From: Aphanothece saxicola GSE-SYN-MK-01-06B | Lineage (GTDB): Bacteria; Cyanobacteriota; Cyanobacteriia; PCC-6307; Cyanobiaceae | Direction: 5' to 3' | Length of the DNA: 64,000 bases | NCBI GenBank assembly: GCA_019359745.1 | Contig: JAHHGT010000006.1 | Location: 153,371 to 217,370 of the forward strand | Shown: positions 56,334 through 64,000 of the stretch, in pieces | How the letters are laid out: the number at the start of each line of letters is the position of its first letter | Numbering within the stretch: position 1 is the stretch's first letter | Notes under the pieces: generated by a model | What the model saw: only the letters and a program-made list of their open reading frames with translations | What the model was told of the DNA's origin: nothing | The model's database searches: none | Translations under genes and position numbers: made by a program

Positions 56334-57199
56334 CCCCCTCGAGTGCCGGCGCCCTGACGATCAGTGATGGCCGCCTGGCCCTGTCCGCCCTGTTGATCCT
56401 GGTGAACGTGGGGTTGTCGGCCGCGCTGCGCCTCGGCCTCGGCCGCAGCCTGCTGTTGGCCTCGGTCCGCATGGTGGTGCAACTGCTCCTGGTTGGCTTC
56501 GTGCTGGAGTGGCTGTTCCGCCAGGACGATGCGCCCCTGATCCTGCTGGTGGGGGCGGCGATGGCGATGATCGCGGGGGTGTCGGCCGTGCAGCGCACCC
56601 GGCACCGCTTTGCCGGCATCTACCTCAACAGCCTGCTGTCGGTGATGGCCTCCTCGGCGCTGGTCACGGGGCTGGCGGTGACGGGGCTGATCCAGCCCCA
56701 ACCCTGGTACAACCCCCAGTATCTGATCCCGCTGCTGGGGATGGTGCTGGGCAACACGCTCAACGGACTCTCCCTGGGCCTCGATCGTTTCATGGAGGGG
56801 TTGCGCAGCGGGCGCGATCAGGTCGAAACCGATCTGGCCCTGGGGGCGACCCGCTGGGAGGCCTGTCAGCCGGTGGTGCGCGACGCCATCCGCGTGGCCA
56901 TGATCCCGACGATCAACGCGATGATGGTGATGGGCCTGGTGAGCCTGCCGGGAATGATGACCGGGCAGATCCTCCAGGGAGCAGCGCCGGCGGCGGCCGT
57001 TCGCTATCAGATCGTTATCCTGTTCATGATCGCGTCGGCGACGGCGCTGGGGGTGTTCGCCGTCGTGGGCCTGGCCTATGGACGGCTCACCAGCGTCGAC
57101 CACCAACTGCGGCTCGATCGCCTGATCCCCGTGGGCGGGGCCACTCCATCACCAGCGACCTGGACCGTCCTGTCCTGGCGGCGGCGTGGAAGGGGTTAG
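56330..57199 (+). CDS. fetB: UPF0014 family permease (FetB/YbbM-like putative iron exporter)
   Basis: 289 aa. ...LALGATRWEA...AMIPTINAMMVMGLVSLPGMMTGQIL...VRYQIVILFMI matches the FetB/YbbM signature region. Confidence 0.8.
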   Translation: MTPSSAGALTISDGRLALSALLILVNVGLSAALRLGLGRSLLLASVRMVVQLLLVGFVLEWLFRQDDAPLILLVGAAMAMIAGVSAVQRTRHRFAGIYLNSLLSVMASSALVTGLAVTGLIQPQPWYNPQYLIPLLGMVLGNTLNGLSLGLDRFMEGLRSGRDQVETDLALGATRWEACQPVVRDAIRVAMIPTINAMMVMGLVSLPGMMTGQILQGAAPAAAVRYQIVILFMIASATALGVFAVVGLAYGRLTSVDHQLRLDRLIPVGGATPSPATWTVLSWRRRGRG

Positions 57200-57339
57200 G
57201 GGATCGGCTGGCGTCCCGTCCACGGCGCCAGCAACAGACCAATCCCAGAGACGGCAACAAACAGGGTCAGCACGCCAAGCAGCGTGGAGTCATAGGGCTG
57301 CAGATTGATGGCCCCGAAGTTACCTGTGTGCAGCTTCAT
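57196..57339 (-). CDS. 47-aa single-TM peptide (speculative)
   Basis: Hand translation gives MKLHTGNFGAINLQPYDSTLLGVLTLFVAVSGIGLLLAPWTGRQPIP*. Its stop overlaps the fetB stop. There is no other support. Confidence 0.2.
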   Translation of the reverse strand: MKLHTGNFGAINLQPYDSTLLGVLTLFVAVSGIGLLLAPWTGRQPIP

Positions 57340-57445
57340 CAACCAGATGGATGGAGCGAAATCCAAGCAAGAACTCTCCCCATAACTGGAGTGTCAAGCG
57401 GCTGGCATCCGTCGGCCTTGCAGCAGGTCCAATAGAATCGCCTCA

Positions 57446-57640
57446 ATGAGTAGCTCTGACTTGAAAACGATCGCTGGGCCCCTGCGCAGAGCGCTGATCT
57501 ATGGCCTGATCAGCTACGGGGGGCTTGTCCTGATCAATAACTCGGAGCTTGAGCTTCCCAACATGTGGATCGCCTATTTGCCGATGTTCATCGGCGTCTA
57601 TGTGGTCACCCAATGGCTGGACAAGCGGTTTCAGGGTTGA
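57446..57640 (+). CDS. 64-aa two-TM membrane protein (hypothetical)
   Basis: MSSSDLKTIAGPLRRALIYGLISYGGLVLINN...WIAYLPMFIGVYVVTQWL. It sits in a low-G+C pocket and is followed by a hairpin. Confidence 0.35.
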   Translation: MSSSDLKTIAGPLRRALIYGLISYGGLVLINNSELELPNMWIAYLPMFIGVYVVTQWLDKRFQG

Positions 57641-57669
57641 GAGCTTCGATGGCCCCTCGGGGGAAGCTC
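57641..57669. terminator. Hairpin between convergent genes (possible bidirectional terminator)
   Basis: GAGCTTC-(15 nt)-GAAGCTC, a 7-bp stem. There is no U-run on either side, and it overlaps the stop codon of the P450-HLIP ORF. Confidence 0.3.
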
Positions 57670-59326
57670 AACCGATGCCCAGCAGGACGCGGGTGAAGGC
57701 TTCCCCACCCATGGCAAATTCGGTGGCCAGCAGGGCAACGAAACCGAGCATGGCCATCCGGCCGTTGAACGTCTCAGCGCGCTCGTTGAAGCCCCAGCCG
57801 CCTGCAGCACGGGCCATTTCCAGGCGGGGCTCGCTGATCAACGCCACGGGGAGACCGCCATTTGCACCGGTAGCGGTGCTTCGAGGGTGTGGGCGTACCA
57901 GAAGTCCATCCTTCGGGGAGGGGCTGGGGATGACCAAGAGTGTCAGGTCCTGACCGGGCTCCAAGCCAAGACACAGCTGCTTGAGCAGACCCACCGCCAG
58001 CAGCCGGATTTCCAGCTCTGCCAGGGCCTTGCCCAAGCAGACGCGCTCGCCGCCTCCATAGGGCAGCAGAAAGACGGTCGTGTCGGGCTCGAGATGGCGC
58101 TGGGGCCGAAAGGCGGCCAGACCCGCAAGATCAGTGCCGTGGTTCTGGCTGGCGGTGATGCTCACCTGCACCACCCGGTCGGCCGGCACCATCACGCCCG
58201 CCAGGGCGATGGTCTCGCGGGTGCGGCGAAAGAACCCACCCACCGGCGGGGTGAGCCGCATCACCTCCTTCACCACCGCATCCAGCCGCGGCGCCCGCAG
58301 GGCGTCGTAGGCACTCACAGCATCCGCCTCTGCGGGTGGCCAGGACAAGCCGTCCAGCTCCTGCAGCAGCCAGTCCAGTTCGGCGGGGTGCTGCAGCAGG
58401 GTCAGCAACAGACAGCTCAGCGAGGAGGCGGTGGTTTCGTAGCCGGCGAACAGCAGCAGCAACAGCTGCTCCGCCACGTCATCGTCGGCGAGGGGGAGGC
58501 CGGCTTCATCGAGGCCGCCGGCCAGCAGATCGAGGCCACCAGCGGCGAGCGGGGCGCCCGAGGCCGCAGCGGCCTGGGCCTTCTGGAGCACACAGCTGAG
58601 GCGCCGCAACAGGCGCTTACGGGCCTGGCGGGCGCGAGCGAACGGGCTGCCCGGCAGGGCGAAGGGGAGGGAGAACAGGCCCTGGCACCAGGTTTCGAAA
58701 TCCTCGAACAGGGCATCGCGATCGGCGCCATCGAGCCCCAGCACCGTGGTGGCGATGACGCTGAAGGCAAAGCGCCGCAACCGCGGCACCAGGGCAACGG
58801 GCGCTGGCGCCGTCAACAGCTCCTGGTTGAGCCCCTCCACCAACGCCACGATCTCCGGGCTGTAGCGCTTCAGTGCCGCGGAAGCGAACAACTGCCCCAC
58901 CACCCGACGCCGGACCTTGTGATCGGCGCCGTTGCGGTTGGCCAGGGACAACGGTCCCAGCAACTGCCGCACACTGTCCGGCCACCAGCCCTGGATGGCA
59001 GCACCCTGGGCGAGGAGGTCGGACATCGCCTGCTCGCCGCGGATGAACACGGTGCGCTGGCCCAGCAAGCTGGTTTCAAAAACATCCCCGTAGCGCTCGA
59101 AGCGCGAGCGGGCGAAATCAGGGTCGCGAAGGAAGGCGAGGGTCTCGAGCACGCCAGCCATCGCTGGTGTGGAGGGGACGGGCCGAACGGTGGCGGGATC
59201 GAGTGGCAAGCGTTGGTGTCCTGGATGGATCCCAGGCTGGCAGCCAGGCGATGAGGGTGCGACGGCCCTGTGCGCCATCACCACGGCTGCTGCAGCCGCC
59301 AGGGGGGGGAGCCACCGTGGCAGCAC
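57668..59326 (-). CDS. Cytochrome P450 (CYP120-like) with in-frame C-terminal HLIP/one-helix CAB domain
   Basis: 552 aa with FAGYETTASSL (I-helix), EVMR (ExxR) and the heme loop PYGGGERVCLGKALA. P450 homology ends near PSPSPKDGLLVRPHP. A linker then leads into GWGFNERAETFNGRMAMLGFVALLATEFAMGGEAFTRVLLGIG*. N-terminal start alternatives are 59326 and 59278. Confidence 0.85.
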   Translation of the reverse strand: MLPRWLPPLAAAAAVVMAHRAVAPSSPGCQPGIHPGHQRLPLDPATVRPVPSTPAMAGVLETLAFLRDPDFARSRFERYGDVFETSLLGQRTVFIRGEQAMSDLLAQGAAIQGWWPDSVRQLLGPLSLANRNGADHKVRRRVVGQLFASAALKRYSPEIVALVEGLNQELLTAPAPVALVPRLRRFAFSVIATTVLGLDGADRDALFEDFETWCQGLFSLPFALPGSPFARARQARKRLLRRLSCVLQKAQAAAASGAPLAAGGLDLLAGGLDEAGLPLADDDVAEQLLLLLFAGYETTASSLSCLLLTLLQHPAELDWLLQELDGLSWPPAEADAVSAYDALRAPRLDAVVKEVMRLTPPVGGFFRRTRETIALAGVMVPADRVVQVSITASQNHGTDLAGLAAFRPQRHLEPDTTVFLLPYGGGERVCLGKALAELEIRLLAVGLLKQLCLGLEPGQDLTLLVIPSPSPKDGLLVRPHPRSTATGANGGLPVALISEPRLEMARAAGGWGFNERAETFNGRMAMLGFVALLATEFAMGGEAFTRVLLGIG

Positions 59327-59541
59327 GCCTCAGCCGAGCACACACCGGATGGACAGCAAAACCAACCAGGTGGCCCTGCGTGGCAGAGATTGTTGCTGGA
59401 TGACGGGTGGTTGTGTCCAGAAGAGTGAATCGAAGTGTGTTCAATGGATGCAGACAAGCTGCATGAAATGGGGCTCACCTTGACAGCAACCGCCCTTAGG
59501 CTTCAACCCTCAAGACGTGTTGGTGGGAACGAGGATGATCC

Positions 59542-60432
59542 ATGCAATCTAGGAGATGGATGCGCCTGATCAGGGAAACGGTTGCTGAATGGAAGAAGGA
59601 CAACGTACCGCTCCATGCCGCTGCCTTGGCGTACTACACGATCTTCTCGTTGGCTCCGCTGCTGCTGATCGCCATCGCGGTCGCAGGAGCCGTCTTTGGC
59701 GAAGAGGCCGCTCGGGGAGAGCTGGTGCGTCAGATCCAAGGACTGGTGGGCAAGGAGGGAGCGGTAGCGATTCAAGCGATGATTGAGAATGCCAGTCGCC
59801 CTGGATCCGGAGGCGTACTGGCCTCAGTCGTCGGATTCTTGCTGTTGCTGCTGGGGGCCTCGGGTGTGTTTGGCCAGCTGCAGATGGCCCTGAACACGAT
59901 CTGGAATGTGGAACCAAAGCCAGGGCGCGGATGGGGTGCCTTCCTGATCTCACGGTTTCTTTCGTTTGCCATGGTTCTGGTCATTGGCTTTCTGCTGTTG
60001 GTGTCGCTGCTGCTTTCCAGCCTTCTCGTAGCCGCAGGTGATGCGCTCAACAGATGGATGCCAGGACTCCCGATTCTGGGGCAGGCCCTGAATCTGATGA
60101 TCTCGCTGGGCGTCATCACGGTTCTGTTCGCATTGATATACAAATACTTGCCTGATGTGAGGGTTCCATGGCGAGACCTGTGGGTGGGTGCAGCGGCCAC
60201 ATCCGTCCTGTTCAACCTCGGCAAGATCACCATCGGCCTCTACATCGGCAACAGCAGCTTTGACTCCACCTACGGAGCAGCAGGCTCACTGGTGGTTCTG
60301 CTGATCTGGATTTTCTATTCGACGCAGATTCTATTGATTGGTGCGGAATTCACTCAGGTCTATTCACACAGCCAAGGAAAACTCAGACAGCCATCGCAAC
60401 AGTCAATGGTTGATCGGGAGTTCCACAGCTAG
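59542..60432 (+). CDS. YihY/BrkB family membrane protein
   Basis: 296 aa. The N-terminal AAALAYYTIFSLAPLLLIAIAVAG and a six-TM layout are typical of the YihY (formerly ribonuclease BN-like) family. Confidence 0.85.
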   Translation: MQSRRWMRLIRETVAEWKKDNVPLHAAALAYYTIFSLAPLLLIAIAVAGAVFGEEAARGELVRQIQGLVGKEGAVAIQAMIENASRPGSGGVLASVVGFLLLLLGASGVFGQLQMALNTIWNVEPKPGRGWGAFLISRFLSFAMVLVIGFLLLVSLLLSSLLVAAGDALNRWMPGLPILGQALNLMISLGVITVLFALIYKYLPDVRVPWRDLWVGAAATSVLFNLGKITIGLYIGNSSFDSTYGAAGSLVVLLIWIFYSTQILLIGAEFTQVYSHSQGKLRQPSQQSMVDREFHS

Positions 60433-60721
60433 CGCCGCTGACCGTTGACGTCTCACGAAGAAGAGTCGTCAGCCTTGGGGGTTACAAGAAGCGAGCGAAC
60501 CGGTCACTGGCTGGAACCACTGGCCCGAAGGGAGTCCGGATCAAACGGGATCCCCAGAGATACGGCGTGCGCTCTTCAAATGATGTAATGACTGTCAAAG
60601 GCCAATGACAGCACAGAAGTTGGCAACAGGTTCGATGAATCAGCGCTGCGTGTCGATGCAGGTTCGCTGCACATCATTCAGCATGACCATCAACAGCCAC
60701 TAGGGTTGAATAGACCATCCC

Positions 60722-61033
60722 ATGAGAGTTGACATGAAAACTTTATTGATGTCCATTCTTTCGTTGGCCCTACTGATGGCGTCACTGCTGATTCCAGCTC
60801 CAGTGATGGCCCTTTCAAGTCCGATGACCCAACCCCAGGCACTATTCGGAGCCAAAGCAGAAAAAGTCCCTGCCTCAACACAAGAAACAGATAGCAAGCT
60901 TCAATCCACCATCGGCGCTGTCACAGGGGACGGGGTCCAGGCGGGTAAGAAGGGAAACGCGCAGGACAGGGCCAATGATGGCAACAAGGTCGATCAGATG
61001 ACCAATGAACTGGTCGATGAGAGCGGCACATAG
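60722..61033 (+). CDS. Small secreted protein (hypothetical; faint CsbD-like character)
   Basis: 103 aa with a signal peptide (LLMSILSLALLMASLLIPAPVMA), then a hydrophilic Gly/Lys/Asp/Gln-rich tail (GAVTGDGVQAGKKGNAQDRANDGNKVDQ). Low-G+C region. Confidence 0.45.
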   Translation: MRVDMKTLLMSILSLALLMASLLIPAPVMALSSPMTQPQALFGAKAEKVPASTQETDSKLQSTIGAVTGDGVQAGKKGNAQDRANDGNKVDQMTNELVDESGT

Positions 61034-61337
61034 GGACGCACGGCCTTTCAGACGCGTTCCCCAGGCCTGGCCTTGGCCAGTCACAAAGCCCTGGGAAACT
61101 CAGACGGGCGGCAGGCCACTGGGCTTGGCGTTAAAATTGTTGATGGTCGGGCCAAGGATTGGGAGAGGAACGGGAGCTGGATACCTCACACCAGGAGCGC
61201 TCCAGTTCCCGCTCACAAACGTCACCGAGACGAGACACTGTCGACAGTCTGCTCCGGCATTCAACATCCGTGCATGCTGGCGGACGCTGACTGGCAGAGA
61301 GTGGCAAGAGATTGATCTTCGACGTCCCTGGAGGCCA

Positions 61338-62123
61338 TCACGCGGATAGAAAGTCCTGGGATCGCAAGATACTGAGCAGCTTCACCTCCGTCTCCAGCAG
61401 GCAGGCATGTCCGCTCTTTGGCAACAGTGCGATCTTGGCTTTAGGAAGGTACTTGGCGATCCGCCGTGCCTCTGGCACAGAAGGGAGCAGTCGATCTGAG
61501 CCTGAAGCCACGATCAAGACAGGCTGTTCAATGCGTTCAAGCGGCAGTTCCTCCAAAGCGAACTGGCGGAGTAAGGACAATCTCCAAGCAGCGCTGGATG
61601 GCGTGACCGATAACATGGCCTCCAGCAATGCCTTTTGATTTGAAATCGATACCCGTTGAGGTTCGATGAGAAAGGGGAGCAGACTCAAGGTGGAAAGGCG
61701 ATACAGGGAACCTGGCAACCACTTGGTGAATGAAGCGCCCATCTCCATCCAGGGTTGACGTCTTGCCGATGAGGCAGGATTGACCAAAACCAGGCGATCA
61801 CAGAGGCGCGGATGGTTGGCAGCAAGATGCAAGGCAAGACAACCACCGAAAGACTCGCCGCAAAGAACGATGGGACGTGAAGGTGTTTGTTGCTTTTCGC
61901 TCTTGATCCAATGAACGACTCGTTCAGTCAACCCGTCCCAGTCCGTAAGGTCGTTGGAAGGAATTGACAAGCTGCAGATATCAAAGTCTGATTGCAAGTT
62001 GCCTAATTGCGACTGCAGTAACTTGCCGCTTCCGTCCATCCCTGGCAAAAAGACAAACTTCGGAAGACTTGGTTTCGAAACCTTGGAGGTCAGAAGCCCA
62101 AGAGTTGTGTTCACAGTTGGCAT
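61338..62123 (-). CDS. Alpha/beta hydrolase resembling the N-terminal hydrolase domain of plant phytyl-ester synthases
   Basis: 261 aa. FVFLPGMDGSGKLL...FDICSLSIPSNDLTDW...RPIVLCGESFGGCLALHLAANHP...LVLVNPASS has the GxSxG nucleophile GESFG. It lies 16 nt downstream of the acyltransferase gene. Confidence 0.8.
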   Translation of the reverse strand: MPTVNTTLGLLTSKVSKPSLPKFVFLPGMDGSGKLLQSQLGNLQSDFDICSLSIPSNDLTDWDGLTERVVHWIKSEKQQTPSRPIVLCGESFGGCLALHLAANHPRLCDRLVLVNPASSARRQPWMEMGASFTKWLPGSLYRLSTLSLLPFLIEPQRVSISNQKALLEAMLSVTPSSAAWRLSLLRQFALEELPLERIEQPVLIVASGSDRLLPSVPEARRIAKYLPKAKIALLPKSGHACLLETEVKLLSILRSQDFLSA

Positions 62124-62139
62124 AGGACGTAAAATTCAG

Positions 62140-62892
62140 TCATTGAAATCCCAAACGAAGTAACGCAGCGACCTGCTCCATGCATGAATGGGTCAACTCT
62201 TTCGCCATTGGACCTGCGTGTCGACCGCCATAGTGCTGTCGTTGCACCTCGTCAATCCATACAGGGTAACCAATCAGAAGGTGCACGCGGCGATAGACAA
62301 CAGCGGAATGCCAGCCACCGCAGTTGAACAGAGGTTCCGTGGGATCAAACAGATTGAACAGCTTCAATGGTGCGAGCCGATGCATGTCTTCTTCCGTTGA
62401 TGCGATCGCCACTGGCAGGATGGCCAAATCACGAACCTGTGCTCCCAGGGCCAGATGGGCAAAACCTCGATGGAAGGGGCTGAGCTGATTCGCCCGCTTG
62501 ACCTGAACCATTGGCTGCGCACCCTCAGGGAAGATGCCCACGGCCTGTCCTGACTGCAAGAATTCAACTGACTTGTTGAAGAACTGATGTTGCCTTTCAC
62601 CAGGTGCATCGAGAGGAAAAGCTCCCATCGCCGATACCATCTCGCGCAAGACAGGAACGCGGCTCATGTAATGGTGACAAGCAAACCGGACTGGACGGTT
62701 CAGGGCTGCCATCAGCAGGGGTGCATCCAGCACGCTGCGGTGGTTACTCACAACCAGGATGCTTTTGGTCGCGGGAATTCGCTCAGGATGATGCACGGTT
62801 ACATTCGTGCCAACGGCGCCAAGCAAGCTCCGAGAGACATTCAAAGGAGTTTCTCGGTTGATGCCGATCTCAGGAATAGCTACATTCAACAC
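62140..62892 (-). CDS. Lysophospholipid/glycerolipid acyltransferase (PlsC/LPLAT family)
   Basis: 250 aa with the HX4D motif VVSNHRSVLDAP and block III GIFPEG. Confidence 0.8.
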   Translation of the reverse strand: MLNVAIPEIGINRETPLNVSRSLLGAVGTNVTVHHPERIPATKSILVVSNHRSVLDAPLLMAALNRPVRFACHHYMSRVPVLREMVSAMGAFPLDAPGERQHQFFNKSVEFLQSGQAVGIFPEGAQPMVQVKRANQLSPFHRGFAHLALGAQVRDLAILPVAIASTEEDMHRLAPLKLFNLFDPTEPLFNCGGWHSAVVYRRVHLLIGYPVWIDEVQRQHYGGRHAGPMAKELTHSCMEQVAALLRLGFQ

Positions 62893-63822
62893 GTATCGAC
62901 TCTTCTACCTGGGGCCATGTCTCGACTGTCATCATAGGCAGAATCCAGCCACGACCTACCGGCGGGAGACCGCCACATCGAGGGGGGTTCCACCCATGAT
63001 CCGCTTCTTGATCCGCAACGACAGAACGGTGGCCGTCGAGACGCTGCTGAACAGAATCGGACTCCTGGTGTCGCGACCTCAGTCGCGCCAATGTGGTCGC
63101 GCCTCGCTGCCTTCATGACCTGTGCGGTGCATCCTGCACGATGCGCCAGCCAATCCTGTTTGGAACGGCCTGGACCACACGCACCCTGGTTCCATGACCC
63201 GCCGGCGCGGAGGTGGACGCCGCAGCAAAGGCCCAGTCCAGGATGCTGCGATCCATAAGAGCGCGACGTGCGATGGCACTAAAGCCGCCAAGCCTTGGGT
63301 GCACCTCTGCGCTGTGCTTCTCAGTGCGGCTCCTGTCTGGTCCTGCGACGCGGTCCTCACGATGCTCCACCAGGGCAACGCCTACGCCGATCACCAGGAC
63401 CTGAAGCCATGTGATGCGCGGGCCGACCTTGATCGTGAGCGGGGCTGTTTCCGAGAACAGTTCTGGAAGGTGGTGGATCTGCAGGGCTATGGGGACATGG
63501 GAACGATCCCAAGCGTTGCTGAAAGATGGACATCCTCATCTGGATGGCGATGGTGTTGGAGAGACTTGAGAGGCTTGAAGACGATCATCTCCATGGGTTC
63601 TGCAGACCATCTTCTGTTCGGTTTATCATCTGATCGGTGTGTCAGTGACTGGAGCTGCCCGATGAAAGCCATCCAGACATCCTGGCCGTAAAGCAGCGGC
63701 TGAAAGAGCATGGGCTCCCGGAAACCAGGCCCATGAATAAGACGTAGCCATCCGGCTGCCCTCCTAGCCTCCTTCAGGCTTCCGCCCCTCGTTTTCCCCA
63801 TTTCAACCATCACGATCGCGCC

Positions 63823-64000
63823 ATGAGCCCACTGACCCCTCTCAGCCAAACCCTGCTGAGCGCCAAGCGCCGTAAAGGCGTCAGTTTTGCCGAGCTTGAA
63901 AGAATTCTCCAACGCGATGAGGTATGGATAGCCAGCTTGCTTTACGGACAGGCCACGGCCTCTCCAGAGGAAGCACAAGCACTTCTGGCGGCCCTGGATC
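63823..64000 (+). CDS. cynS: Cyanase (cyanate hydratase), 5-prime part, truncated by the window end
   Basis: MSPLTPLSQTLLSAKRRKGVSFAELERILQRDEVWIASLLYGQATASPEEAQALLAALD matches the CynS N-terminal HTH-like domain (L..AK..KG..F..LE..LGRDEVWIAS..Y.Q...S.EEA..L...L). Confidence 0.85.
   Translation, partial: MSPLTPLSQTLLSAKRRKGVSFAELERILQRDEVWIASLLYGQATASPEEAQALLAALD

Noticed and set aside
18357-62409. HIP1 octamer GCGATCGC at 9 or more positions (18357, 23057, 23518, 23860, 25199, 25229, 27729, 47736, 62402)
   Set aside because: It is only a few-fold above a rough composition-based expectation of about 2-3. Four copies lie inside one TM-rich gene, where the octamer simply encodes Ala-Ile-Ala. 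This is ordinary cyanobacterial background rather than a discrete element, and my count by eye is not exhaustive.
63690-63822. NtcA (GTA-N8-TAC) site upstream of cynS
   Set aside because: The only GTA in the interval is followed after 8 nt by GCT, not TAC, so no acceptable match exists.
63487-63978. 163-aa minus-strand ORF at the window end
   Set aside because: Its 5-prime part is antisense to the clearly recognisable cynS start. The remainder has no similarity I can recognise.

Overview
High-G+C (about 65-75% in the core blocks) chromosomal segment of a picocyanobacterium of the Synechococcus/Cyanobium type. This is inferred from petH with a CpcD-like domain, sasA, a cpcS-type lyase, hli genes, an nblA-like gene, an RRM rbp gene, the zwf-opcA pair and the lysA-cdaA-uppS array. 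About 45 kb (1-45,548) is densely packed housekeeping DNA, with many 4-nt start/stop overlaps (ATGA/GTGA). The high G+C also creates many long spurious antisense ORFs. From 45.5 kb onward the window becomes a mosaic. Lower-G+C accessory blocks (about 45.5-51.2 kb, 54.4-55.6 kb, 57.2-57.7 kb, 59.4-63.8 kb) alternate with core-like genes. These blocks carry a high-light (hli) mini-operon with an HLR1-like box, a decayed VapBC-type toxin-antitoxin pair and a frameshifted KirBac-type K+ channel pseudogene. They also carry an orphan 379-aa membrane-anchored protein, a Nif11-domain peptide, and a split acyltransferase/hydrolase pair resembling plant phytyl-ester synthase. The most unusual object is a CYP120-like cytochrome P450 that reads in frame into a C-terminal HLIP (one-helix chlorophyll-binding) domain at 57,668-59,326. 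I found no CRISPR array, rRNA, transposase, integrase or recognisable defence system. All calls rest on reading the translations and sequence by eye; no searches were run, and start codons in particular are uncertain.
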